Of a stretch of 64,000 nt of DNA, positions 22,293 through 35,450 are shown one piece after another; the stretch's first letter is position 1; each line of letters opens with the position of its first letter. The notes beneath the pieces were generated by a model, which saw only the letters and a program-made list of their open reading frames with translations, was not told the DNA's origin and made no database searches. A program made the translations under genes and the position numbers. The DNA is from Saccostrea echinata (Eukaryota): contig NW_026889752.1 in assembly GCF_033153115.1 (NCBI RefSeq), positions 8,928,001 to 8,992,000 of the forward strand. The letters are read 5' to 3'.

Positions 22293-25200
22293 TTAAAGGA
22301 CAATGACCATTCAAGAGCTATTCTCTGTAACCACTTAAACTTTTTTGACACCCATGGTTACAGATTTTTATGAACTTTGCCTTTTATTACAACTTGGGAC
22401 CAGAAACATATATCAAATGGAATTAAGTAACTCTATTTCTTAGTTGCCATGGTAACAGCCGGAAAAGTCTGAAAATTAAGCCTCAATCTTGATAGGATGA
22501 GAGTCTATTTAAAGCATGTATTAATAACCCTGGCCGGAAAAATAATTTTTATTGAGCCTTCATAACATGCATAAAGACTATGAAAATCAAACAAACTACT
22601 CTCACAAAAGCATTTCACCTTGTTGTCACTAATGCTATAAAGAAATTATTTAAAATATATCTCTGAGTAAGAGGTAACCAAAGGAAAACTTGGAATACAT
22701 TTAATTTAAAATGATAAAAACAGTAAATACATTGATGATAGGTTTTGATTGATCAAACTCAATCAATAACACAAGGAAAATGATAATATTGACCTTCTGT
22801 AAAAAGGTATTGGCAATGTTATTCTAAATTAGAACTCTTACACCACCGTGACGGTGTAGCCACACAAAATTTGTTGCAAAGCTTTGGTTAACGCTCATAT
22901 CTTAAAAAAAGGCATGAAAATTCAAGACTTGCAAATATACATCGTTTTGACCTTGTAACAAGAAAAATTGTGCCAGTCTTATATAAACAAGGTTTATGAA
23001 TTCTACCTCTGTGTACGGACATGCAAGAAGGAACATTTGACATTAATTTTTCTTTGTTATTGTTTGAATACGTACATATCAGACAAGAGAAAACCCCAAT
23101 ACTGCTGATATTTCTGAAGTTTTGTGTGAGGTCACTCTCAATCTCGTTCTTAACAATCCGGATCAAGTTTTCGTCGATGATCTTCTTTTGTCCCCTCCCG
23201 AATAACCATTTACTAAGGTCCTTAACCGTCTAAAATTATCTTATGCTATTTGTAGACATATTTCGGGAATATCGCTGGTTTCACTTCAGGATTCTTCAAC
23301 AAGCATATCTGGGTCAATGTTGGTGTTTTTCTCGAGCTTACACACAATTTGAGAAAAGTTCGCTGCTCTGTCAGATCATGAGACGTGCAGTTGTTTTCAT
23401 AGGGATCGCATCTGAGAGGAATCCCAATATTTCTGTTATTACTTGCTTACGTCAGAAATAATTTTTGAACGGCCCAGGTATTTTGTGTAAGTGTGAACAA
23501 TGGAATCGTTGAGCAGTTAATAAGAGGCATGTGCTTTTTAAATTAGCTGCAAGGCGATACAGTGCTGAAATGAAAAAAAAAAAAATGCCGCAAATGATTT
23601 CGAATACCTTAAAACCAGATATCTCCATACTTTGGTAGAAACATGGTCTTGTTAAAAACATTCCTACTTAACGTCAACCTATTATTAACATTATAATGCA
23701 TCGCATACCTTGGTTCGGTGTGGTTAGGTAATTTGAGTATGATGCTATTTGAATTGACTTTTGTCACATGTGTTTGTGTTTAAACAAAACAAAAAAAAAA
23801 GGCTGTATATCATCATATTGCTGTTAAAAAGCACCCGGTCTATAACTCTCTCTTTCTCTCTCTCTCGCTACGTGCTTTCAAACAAAAAATGCCATGGTAG
23901 TTCTTATGCATAAAACTTATTGTGTTAATAAAAGAGATAAAGAAAAGAAAACTTTGATATGAATGATATAAACTTGTTGTAATTTTCTCAAGAAGAGATA
24001 AAAGCTAATAATCGTATGTGTTATTTTCGCAACAGCAAAAAGATTTGAAGTAATCTATGCCAAAACGGAGGGACTTGTAAAGATCATCATGGAAAATATG
24101 TTTGTCATTGTATTGGCAACGCAACAGGTAAAAAAACAAAAACAAAAAAACTGCTACATATAAAAATTTTTAATATGATTTATATTTGATTGAAAGAAAA
24201 TTAATAGCGAGTAAATTTTCAAGCACGTTCTTATGTGCAATATTAAAAAAATACAGTATGGAAATATTTTTTAAATTATTAACATGCCCTTTCTGAAAAT
24301 TAGTTTTTTCCTTTAAAACATTGAGAAAGATTTGGTATGGTCATATTAATGCTTTTAAGTTTTCAATTTCTTTAATGATAATTGATTGGAACTCTTGATG
24401 GGTAACATTCACAGCCTGATCATGATAAACCAAATGTCTATCACTGTTTACACCACAGACATAAAACATTAAATTCTACAATACAATATTAAGCTAGCAA
24501 ATAATTTCTTCTTTCATCCCCCCCCCCCTTCCAACGAGCTTTGAAATGGACTGTACATAAACAAATAAATAATTTTTCATAATTCCTATATTTTAAAAAT
24601 AAACCTTGATTTAAGTCCATATTTGGAAGAATATTCCTAAGGATTCGAATATGGGAAAAAATCAGTCCCAAACAAGAGCTTGAGCAAATGTACGACGGTT
24701 GTCCCAGAAAAATGCGAACCTTTTCAATATCTCATATACTACCTGACAAAAAATATTTATTTCTGGCACATTATTGGGAAATGATATTTTCGTCATTTTT
24801 ACCAAATACCATAAGGCTGTAATGTCATTTGCATTCAGAAACAACATATCAATGGTGTTAATTCAAAAATTCAAAACAAATTCAAAAACTGGGATTACTT
24901 GCTACATGTACATTGTAGTGTATAACTATGGAAACAACAATGCCAGTGGTTAAAGTGATATATTTTTTGCTGCTCTAGGATAAAGCTTACCTTTTAATTT
25001 TCATCAAAAAATATATTNNNNNNNNNNNNNNNNNNNNNNNNNNNNNNNNNNNNNNNNNNNNNNNNNNNNNNNNNNNNNNNNNNNNNNNNNNNNNNNNNNN
25101 NNNNNNNNNNNNNNNNNNNNNNNNNNNNNNNNNNNNNNNNNNNNNNNNNNNNNNNNNNNNNNNNNNNNNNNNNNNGGATTGCAGTTTTTCAATGGTGTTC

Positions 25201-26621
25201 ACAATTCTCATTTTTATAAATGTACTCATAAATCTGTAAATAATTTTCGCCACCTTATACGAAAATATTGTGAAACATTGATAAAAAACTATATGACTTA
25301 ATTTATTAATTGAAGTGATATAAACAAAGGTTTGGTACCTATATCATTTAATATTGTTAATATTGGAAAGTTTGTTGCACGAGGCCTTCAGATCAAAACT
25401 TATTTCGACGTTTGATTTAATCAAATGTTTTAAACACATCCGAAAGCTTCGTGATTTCTGCGTTATTTCAGATTTTTTTCCTCATATTTCATTAATCGAA
25501 ATTACTGGCAACATACAAATAATAGTTTCAAGACATACAACCTTTAAATTCAAAAGGCAAAGTCCTTATGGTTTCTTTCCAATTTTCAATATACTATCAA
25601 AAGATGAACTTCATACAATTAAGCGACCTATGATTGGTCACCATAATATCGCCTACAAAATAAGACAATAAAAATAATAAAAAAGATAAAAAAAATTAAA
25701 AAAAAAATTACTAAAGAAATAAGTTCATGTATCAGATTAAAGGGTGCCTGATTAGATTCTGGCAATTCTGCAGAATATTTTCTTATTATTTTGGGGGAAC
25801 TAATTTTTGTACATATCTACGAAGAAACGACAAAATTTGGGACAAATGTTTTCTAAATATACTTTTGTGTATAAGTACACGTAATATAAGTAGCTGAGGT
25901 CAGTATAAAGTTAAGATAATACGTGCTTATTTGGTGTTCCGAGAAACCGAGGTTCTCACCTTCGATACAAAGTTCATGTTTCAATATTCGTCCTTCTTTG
26001 AAAACATTGTAAACATGTTAAAAAACCATTTGCATGCTTATGTGCAAGAATGTCTTTAAAGATATGTGAAGCGGAAAACATTATATAAAGATATTTTTGG
26101 GGCAGGAAATATTATCTGAAAAAAAAAAAAAAAATTGCACGTTTTGAAGAACAGAATCATTTCTTCGTTTCAAATGGTAGTGTTTACTTCAAAAGAATAT
26201 ATTCCCCTGTATCTCTTATGGAAACCGATTGGTGTCTGTCTGGAGTTTATCAGGAGAGTAAGGAGTAGGCATTTACGGATTCAGTATTATAAAGGAAAAA
26301 AGGTAACGAACATTGGTCGATCTAAAAAAAAATCTACAAAGAATAAAAATCTGTGAACAGGGTATAATTTAAGGACCCTCCCCCCCCCCCCCCCAGAAAA
26401 AAAAATTCCAGAGGTGGGATCAGGTGTCAAAACGAAAGCTTCCTCTATCCACCAGTCACTCTGCCCTGAGCCCTATGTACCAGGTAAACGGAATTTTCCG
26501 TGTCAAATTTAGTATGAAACAAAGAATTCATTGATATGAAAGGCGTCAGCATATTTACATGTACGACCCAATGATAGGACATGTATGCATAATAATGACC
26601 ATAGAATTTACGAAATTCTGA

Positions 26622-26925
26622 TCGTCCGCGTGGTGGAATGGTTAGAGCGTCTGTTCTAGAGTCGCAGAGTAAGGAGTTGATGCTTACGTCGCGGGTTCGA
26701 ATCCAATGCGGGATTTGGAGACCGGTCCTTCGAATGAGAAGGTATACTAGTAAACCGAGGTCCCCTGTTGCAGTAGGTGTTGGCACGAAAATGATCCGTC
26801 ACTGCTCAATGGCCCTGAGTGCCGAATAGAGGTTAAAATTTGCAGTTTTCCACTGCAAGTGTTGGCGTCTCCATATGAGTGAAAAATTCTCGACAGGGAC
26901 GTTAAACAATATAGAAACATAAAAA
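26622..26925 (+). mobile_element. tRNA-derived SINE (long-variable-arm head, Deu/Nin-like body)
   Basis: A box TGGTGGAATGGTTAGAGCG; B box GGTTCGAATCC; body shared with the 29051 and 40961 SINEs; imperfect TSD GAAATT(C/A)TGA. Confidence 0.8.
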
Positions 26926-29050
26926 GAAATTATGACTTAAAACGAGGTTGTTGAAATTCCTGTAACATCACCTTATCTGTCAATAGCTTGCTTCATTAAA
27001 TAAAATTAACGTACACAGAGCATGTGCTAGAGAATCGAAAAAGTTGGAAGACGTAAACATAATTTGCTAACTATTACTATATAATAAATAAGGACAGTTG
27101 ACGATGGAAAAACTGAAGTCATTTCGTTTATCATACAATTTAGTCGTTAGTTGCCCCTAATCATCAATCAATTAGTCAGTAAAACATCCAAATATTAAAC
27201 AGATATGGCAGACTCTGTGGTGTCTTTTATTTTGAGTTTTTTGGGATATATGGAGTCGTCATATGAATGGCCGAAACTAATGTTAATCAATAACATGTCG
27301 TCGATACATCTGAATGTCACAGCAAATGTTTTCTTATCCTAATATAGAAGATTTTGAATAAATTCTGCTTCATAGAAATATAAAAAGGATGGTAATAAAG
27401 GAGCACAATTAATTTCAACAACTTGCTGTAAGACCTGGTCTCCAAAGACTATATGAATAATGTCAATGAGGAATTCCAGCACTTCTTTTGAATATCAACT
27501 TCAGAGTAACATTGTGTAGATTCAGATTCCTTGATTTTTAACAAAGTGATTTTGTTGATGACCAATCTATATTTATTGAAGAAATATTGTCTATGATGTC
27601 AAAAGCCTAGGTTTTTTTTTTTAATTTATCGTGAGGAAGTTAACGTTGTCTAAAGTGAGCAAAGGTTGAAAGTTTTGATGTTACTGACTCTTGCAAAAAT
27701 TGTTGATTTTAAAGGAGTATTCTACTTAAGTATAATAGTGTCGTCCCTTTTTACACCCATGGTTTACCGGTTAAATATAAGCCTAGGGTATTTTGTTTGT
27801 TTTCATTGTGTATGACGAAGTATTTCTAATTAAAACGTTGTGTATATATAATGAATAAATAAACATATAAAAAATACAAGCCATTTTTTAACACCTACTG
27901 CACTAAAAAATGCCGGAACATTCCCCCCCAATCAGACTACGGTTTCTCTATTACATGAAATGGGCGGAGACATTTAGATTAGATACTATAAAAAAAGAAG
28001 ATCTTAGTATGATATTTTTCTTTCAAAGACGAATTATATGTTCAAGATTCACAATCAACTACAAGTACAATTTTCTATTTACAAAACTTTGTCAATAAAA
28101 GCTATAACAAGATGAACCAAACAAGTCCATGGTGACCGATATAAAACTGAGTACGTTTCAACTGAGAACTAGCACGTATACTGGGGGCATTTAGCAGTAA
28201 CGATGCAAATCCACGTGGCTTGTTATGATTCTAAACAGGTCATAAAGAGGTTAATCGCATGTAAATGAAGTCAACGAAGAGATTCAACATCACAATACTT
28301 TTAATTAGAAAACATAAAGCACAAGGTTGTTCAACAAAGATATTTTCACTGAACATTAACACGTATAATATACACATTATATTTCAAACTCGACTCTGAA
28401 CAAACCTGTGCTCGGTGTTTACGAAAGCTTTGAAGTGTGTACCTGTCACTGATTTCTTTTGATATTTAAGAAAATCAAAGGACCCTATCTTCAACACGCA
28501 GCTTCGTTTGCTACCTATATCTATTGTTTGACATTTTTAGATGATGATTCAAATAATAAAGACATTAGTAAATAATAAAATTTAATTTCTGAAAAATTTA
28601 ATAAATGTTCGAAATTTGAGGAGTAATCGGGGATCACAGGTAAGCCTTTTTGAGACTTGTTCTTTAAAAGAGTTATTTGGAGTTTTTGAGAATTCACATC
28701 CGATTTACAAGACTTTCCAGAATATGTAGCACGCAGTACGTCCGATATTTTTCCATTACAGTAGTTGATATTTTTGTTAAGAGTGAAGACAGGGGCTTGA
28801 TAGAGCATTTGCTGGACACTGTAATGTATCTTTGTAAGGATTTTCATGAAGTATAAGAATCATGTATATGTATGGATAATCAAACTCACCTTTGTTGACT
28901 AGAATATTAAAAATATAAAAGAATGAAATGTGATTTTGAAGAATTTCTTTGTTAGAAAGTGATTTGTGAGTATAATTTGGATTTCTACATGTAAAATTAA
29001 AACCAAGCTCTTCTAACATACAGTTAAAATAATGAGGTTACAATGAAAAG

Positions 29051-29398
29051 ACCGTCATGATAGCTCAGACGATAGAGCGCTCGCTCCGTGATTGGAAGGT
29101 CGTGTGTTCGAATCATGGCTTCGACTGACCCAAGTCGAAAAAAAAATAAATAGATAGTAACTGTTCCTTCGCCAAGCGCTCGGCATATTGTAGTGAATGT
29201 TTGCGAGTCTTTCGGATGAGACCTTAAAAACCGAGACCCCGTGTCACTGTAGGCGTTGGCACAATAAAAAACCCTCACTGATCAACGGCTCTGAGTGCCG
29301 AATTAAGATCTGAATTTGAAACCCTTTACCGGTATATGGTACATCTCTATATGAGTAACAAATTCTCGAACGCGTAAAACAACATACAATCAATCAAT
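29051..29398 (+). mobile_element. tRNA-derived SINE (same family as 40961)
   Basis: TAGCTCAG...GTTCGAATC head; CTTCGGATGAGACC...AAACCGAG body; (CAAT)n tail; degenerate TSD. Confidence 0.85.
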
Positions 29399-29979
29399 GA
29401 ATACAACGAAGACGATATGTTACGAGCCCTGTCTGCTAGAACCATAACACATTGTTCATGTTGTCGTTCTTGTTGTTTGATCACCTCTGATTAAGTAAAA
29501 ACGAAAGGATAGATGGTGCGCATATTGCCTTTTAATTTTTGAACATGATTCTTTAATATAGGTTTAAAAAAAACTTAATACACTTAATAACTCTGACGAA
29601 GTATTCAGGTTTTCCTTCATATTTATCCCAACTTCTGCAATATCATCGACAGAATTCATAATAGAAATGAAGTTCTGTTGCCAATTGAAAGATCCGTGCT
29701 CCTGTTATTTAGGACCGTTTTAGATTATTGCTTTCAGTTCTTCATTTTTAACTCACCAGTGGGACTGTTGTTGAAAGAAAAAAGAAGATAAAATGATGAA
29801 AGGAGATAAACCAACTCTGTAATGAGATGTATATTTTCATGTAAAATAACAGTTTTGAGTTAAAAGTAAAAAAGAAGACTTTTGTTTAAGTATTCATGCT
29901 GTATATTGTTTTCATTAATAATATTTGTTTCTTGTATTTATTATTATGTGTTATATATAATCATGTAGCAATGGTTAAT

Positions 29980-32192
29980 ATTATACTTTCATGTAAATTA
30001 GTTGAATCTGATTGGTCGAGAAACATTTGCTAAAAAATACTATTACCCTCTGAATGATAAAACCACGCCCTCCTGCGTGACAGAACTTAGCAACAGTTAA
30101 CATTGCTTGACGACGGGTAATATTCCAAAAAAATAGTGACTGCGCAGAATTTCTGCGCGTACGGTTCACCATACTTTTCGACAGGTATCATTTAAGCGTT
30201 TGAAACGAGCGTTGTCATAAAGCGTCTTCAACTAATTAAATCAACATAGATTGGTAAACCAAACGAAAATCGTCTGAATCGAAAATCATAATGTTCGCAA
30301 GCGTTGATGAAGACCATATTAAATGTTTAATCGAAGAAAAAGATTCGAAGAGTACACAGAGGACCATAAAAAGGTCGGTAAATTTATTCCGGTCATTCCT
30401 GACCCAGAAAAACATCAACCAAGAGTTTGAGAGTTTCTTGAAGGATCAACTAAATGAAAATTTGAGACTTTTTTTCGTGTCGATCAGATCAAAATCCGGG
30501 GATAATTTGAAGGTAACTTCCCTTCAGAGTATTAAGTATGGACTTTCCAAATACTTGAAAGAAACTTGCAAGATTGATATCAATGATCCAGAATTTAGCG
30601 ACTGCAAAAAAGTATTCAAGGCAAAAGTTACGGACATGAAAAAAAAGGGATATGGCTCCATCGTCCACAAACCTCCGATTACTCAAGAGGACCTGAGAAA
30701 ACTTTACAACTCAGACAGTGTAGTATTTAACATAAATACACCATGTGGCCTGCAGATGAAAGTCTGGTTTGATGTTATGTTTTATATGTGTCGTGGGGGG
30801 CGAGAAAATTTAAGATACATGACAAAATCAACATTTGGAGTCAACACAGATTCCTGTGGGCGACAGTTTGTATTCCAAGCTGTTGACGAGGCTGATAAAA
30901 ATCACAGGTAACACTTATGAACCAATTATATTTATATTTATATACATATATATTACATTTGAAATTTTGCTTTAGAAAATAAATTTATATTTTCTTGAAA
31001 TATTGTAGTGTTGATGGAACCCCTGATGACACTATTGGTGAGGGTAGAATGTACGCACAGCCAGGAAATGTGATGTGTCCTGTAGCATCTTTCAAGAAAT
31101 ATTTAGATAAACTGCACCTCAAGCTTGATGCTCTATGGCAGCGTCCTTTGGATTCATATCTCGAGTCAAACAGGGTGTGGTATTGTCGTGCAGCTATAGG
31201 AAAGAACACTCTGGGAACCATGATGTCAGCGATCTCCAAACTTGGAAATCTTTCCAACATGTACACCAACCATTCCATCAGAGCTACTGCCGTAACAGCT
31301 CTTGATGATGCGGGGATAGAAGCACGGCATATTATGAGAGCATCAGGCCATAAAAGTGAAGCTTCAATTAGAAGTTATGCTTGTCGACTCAGTGATCCAA
31401 AGAAACGGGAAATGTCAGACTGTTTAAGTGGAGTTCTAGGATCACGAGATGATCAGAAAGAGAATGAAAACGTTGCTTTAGAAGATATAACTATGGAGGA
31501 ACTCGATGCTATATTTAATGACAGTACATTTTCAGAAGTTCCCACAAACCAGGAGAAATCGGTGGAATCTCCACAGCCACTAAATTTGTTAAACTTAAAT
31601 TCAGTACCCACCAATGTCAGTTCAATGGGAATTAATGTATACCCATCTCTCAATAACTGTGTGGTTCATTTCAACTTTGTACCCCCAAAGTAAATAGTGA
31701 ACTTCTTTGAACTGATCCTTAATATTATGTTCCATTCAAACTGTGATATCCATTTGTTCTGAGATATCCATTTGTTCTGAGATATCCATTTGTTCAGTTA
31801 ATGTTATATGTTATATGATGTTTATTTAATTAAAAACATGGTGTTATGTGATATTTATTTCTTTCAACACAGTGTTCTGTGATATTGATTGAATTCAGTT
31901 GACTTATGATTAAAGAAAGACATTTTTAAAAAAGTAAAGTTTTTTCATTTTGATACATATACAGTGAAACATTTTATATATGACATTCAGTATAATGTAA
32001 TAAATATTGCATGCTAGCTAGGGTAACATTGGAAATTGTCACCTCAAGAAAACCATTGTTGACCGAGGCGACATTGGAAATTGTCACCCCAAGAAAACCA
32101 TTGTTGACCGAGGCGACGCCTCGGTCAACAATGGTTTTCTTGGGGTGACAATTTCCAATGTTACCCTAGCTAGCATGCAATATTTATATAAT
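29980..32192 (+). mobile_element. Crypton tyrosine-recombinase DNA transposon, apparently full length
   Basis: Boundaries are set by the empty paralogous site at ~140-170. It begins ATTATACTTTCATGT and ends TATATAAT; palindrome at 32001-32186; no classical TIR or TSD. Confidence 0.85.
30291..31693 (+). CDS. Crypton tyrosine recombinase (DUF3504/KCTD1-N-like), exons 30291-30907 and 31009-31693; 433 aa
   Basis: A 101-bp GT..AG phase-2 intron (30908-31008) joins the two ORFs in frame (DKNH-S-VDG). Motifs CRGGRENLR, KNH, CPV, WY...IGKNTL, YTNHSIRAT, SGHKSEASIRSY. Confidence 0.88.
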
Positions 32193-33714
32193 GGTGCACT
32201 TTTGGTACTATCTACTTCGAGATAGCAGCGTAAGTTCAAGGGACTTGGAGCTTCACTATCACTTACTATGCTGTTCTTTGTCGTTCGTTGTTTGTCGTCA
32301 TTTTCCCTCTTTCCTGTCAGGAATACTATTAGGACTTAATGCTTGCATGTCCAAAAATGATCAGAGCAGACATAAATATTATTTTCACTCAATTATTGCC
32401 CAGAGTTACGCACTTCTCAGGAACTGTTTTTTCGATCTGCCTATAGTATTTGGGCATCCTTTAATTGCATAGGAAACTTTGCCCGTTGTCCCCGACTAAA
32501 CATCAAAACACTCACTCAAAGCCAATGATACACTATTGTTGAAAATTACAGAGCAAAATTGGACGGGTCATACCTGGCTGTTCTAATAAAACATTAACTC
32601 GTCCAGCGAAAGATAACTCGAGTTTATGGAATCCGGAATATTTTTCAATGTTTATCCTTTGAAGCCAGGTGTGATCATAACTCATTGTAATCCAAATCAG
32701 ATGTATTTGTTGGAAAATAAAGTTTGGGACATCAGACTTTAATACATATTTTTTGGTGTTGTACACGAGGTAAGTTCGCAATTGTCTATGTTCATGTATA
32801 TCATACCACATCATACTTATATTCTTCAATACCTTACCAGACATTACTAAAAATGTTACTTTCCATGTAAAACAGCAATAATAACAACATAACATCGTCT
32901 TAGAAGTCTAAAAACCTTTTTGATCCACGTTTACTTTATTCGTTCACCGATACATTTTGTTTATTATTAAGCTACTTAACCGAGTTTAAAATTAATGAAA
33001 AAAAAATAAATAAAAACATAAAAACATGCATTCCTTAATTTGTATGCCTACATTTTCTAAAAAAATGGAGGGAAAGTGTCAAAAAAGACTTTTTTCTACA
33101 AAAATCTGGTTCACAGATTTCTTCTTCTATTTACACAGAAGCCAAATCATCTTTTGGTGGTATGAAGTAGATATGAAGCAATAAGGTTTCGCAATTTTTA
33201 TTTTCATGCTGGGGAATAAAACTGTTCCCAGAACCTCTCTTTCATTTTATTCAGTAGTCAAATCACCTTTCTTATACCTTCAAGTTATTTTTAATGCAAT
33301 ACTTGCAGATAATGATATATTCTAGAGGCTATCTAGGGGTCTGTCGAACAAGGACGTTTTTCCACAATAACCTTGTTACCAGAACTTCTCGTAGATTTTA
33401 ACGTAGTACGCATATCATCTTTTGGAATATGATTAGTAATGTGATGTAGATGTGCAATAAGGTTTGGGGATTTTAGTATCCTCGATATTATTACAAATAT
33501 CCACCATCAGATTGTACAATGAGCTTAAAACAACAATCAGGGTATCTGAATTTAACATTAACGTAAAAAATGTGTACGTCACGTTATAGGAATATAAAAG
33601 TTATGACACTCTCCACATCATGCTAGCTCAAGTTTGCAGTAACATGACTCATATGTTATTATGACGCCATTTTTAAACAGTTCAGACATTCATGTCCATT
33701 TCACTTTATCAATT

Positions 33715-34125
33715 CGATATTTTCGACATCGCAATGTAGACAATGTTGACATGATATCGTGTTTACGCCATCTACCTTGTTATTATTTCCATATCAAGTG
33801 GATACTGTATTAACATTGCCTTCTTTTTCATTGTTTACATCGTTGACATCGTCGGCATCACAATGTCGACAATGTTGACACGATATCGAGATTACATAGT
33901 CTATATTGCTTTTATTCATTATAAAGACATCGTCAACAATGCAATGTAGACAATGATGATGCGATATCGTCTTTACATCGTCTACTTTGTTATTATTTGT
34001 ACATTGTATGACGATATCGTCGACAATGTAGACAATGCTGATGGGATATCGCGTTTACATCGTCTACATTGTTATTATTTCAACACTGCATGTCGACATC
34101 GTCGACATTGCATTGTAGACAACGT
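33715..34125. repeat. Degenerate tandem repeat rich in ACATCGTCGACAATG motifs
   Basis: Repeated gacaatgt/acatcgtc/gatatcg modules, about 4-5 units. Confidence 0.6.
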
Positions 34126-34750
34126 CAGTTCAGAGCCACATAATTAAAGCATTGTTTGGGTATTTAGTCTATATACTCTATGTGATGTGAAAGAATTAAA
34201 TATATTTCACACTGCGCTGAATTATAAACAATCAATATTTCATGTTGAGCCAAATAGGCATGCTTTTTTGGTCGCAAATCAACCGTTCTATATAGCACGA
34301 AGACATTACCGACTTTACTGCAATTATTGAAATGCACGAGAGGTGACACATTTTTCCATGCATTGTTTTCAGAATAGTTCATTGTTTAGAATCTTAACCG
34401 TTTCTCTAAAATGCAGTTTTTTTTAATATGCTGAAACATAATACATTTAAAAAGTATGATATAAAAAAAATAGCTTAATCGAATTATTTTATTAAGTTAA
34501 TTACGCTTTATAGTAAAATTAAGCTGTAAAGCTAATTCAAGCCATATACGAGGGCTGTTAAGGAATTATTGAGACATTGTGTTTATTTTTCTTTCTAATA
34601 AACACCCTTTGATGAAAATGGCATATACGTATGACAGACAACAAAAATAAATAAAATCAGAAAGTATTGAACAAATATTTTATTTCTTCTAATTAAATTT
34701 ACATTGAGATAGCAACAACACACTCATTATTTTTTTCAAAAGAATCGTTT

Positions 34751-34751
<1 letters not shown>

Positions 34752-34800
<49 letters not shown>
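34752..34800. repeat. (GA)n microsatellite
   Basis: Direct reading; similar tracts at ~36945-36988, ~38837-38863 and ~40010-40064. Confidence 0.95.
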
Positions 34801-34802
<2 letters not shown>

Positions 34803-35450
34803 TGATTTTTAGAATGTAATATGTGATGACAGAGAAAGACGAGTTACTGCTTCCTGATTATTTTAACATGAGAAAAGATCTATGATTGAAGTAGCTGCAG
34901 AGCTGTGAGAAAATTCGGACAGATAAAGCAGAGAGCTACAGATCTAAGCGTTGTAAAAACCTTTGATTTTATGCTTTTTTGTCGCTCGCTTCGGACATCA
35001 TTTCTTTATTTTATGTTTTCTCTGCTTTAATTGTATTCGATTATTAACCATATATTTTACTCCTTTTCCCCATACTTTATTAACCTTCCAATGGTTCCTA
35101 TCGGCTATATGTGGATTTTGGGTATCAGTTAAAAAATAAATTCCGACGTCCATGTTGGTGTCACCCTGAAATAATATTCCCGTGTTTTATTTATCTCATT
35201 TCTTTTTTCAAATACATAATGTCTTCTTTATAGACAATATACATGATATTCGAACCTCCTGATTTTATTTGTTTACTCAGCTACGTTAAGGAATGTTTGA
35301 GTTCATATTTGTGAGGCACCATGTATCATTGTGACGTCGTTAAAAATTTAACATGTTTGGGTTCATATTTGTGAGGCACCGTGTATCATTGTGACGTTGT
35401 TAAAAATTCAACATGTAACAAAAATATTTTATATATCGCATGATGATGCG

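Larger units (their letters stand above)
26289..29800 (-). mobile_element. Degenerate Naiad relic (3' end, RT, linker), interrupted by two SINEs and ~1 kb of other sequence
   Basis: Minus strand gives RKFYGHY, MLEELGFN...NPNYTHKSLSNKEILQNH...LHENPYK and kGPK remnants, colinear with 12620-16371. Confidence 0.75.

Noticed and set aside
24987-25253. ORFs spanning N-runs (also 37628-38072, 42604-42927, 57748-57958)
   Set aside because: These are artefacts of assembly gaps.
34547-34580. Mariner-like end TACGAGGGCTGTT
   Set aside because: No partner TIR or transposase remnant was identified, so no element could be delimited.
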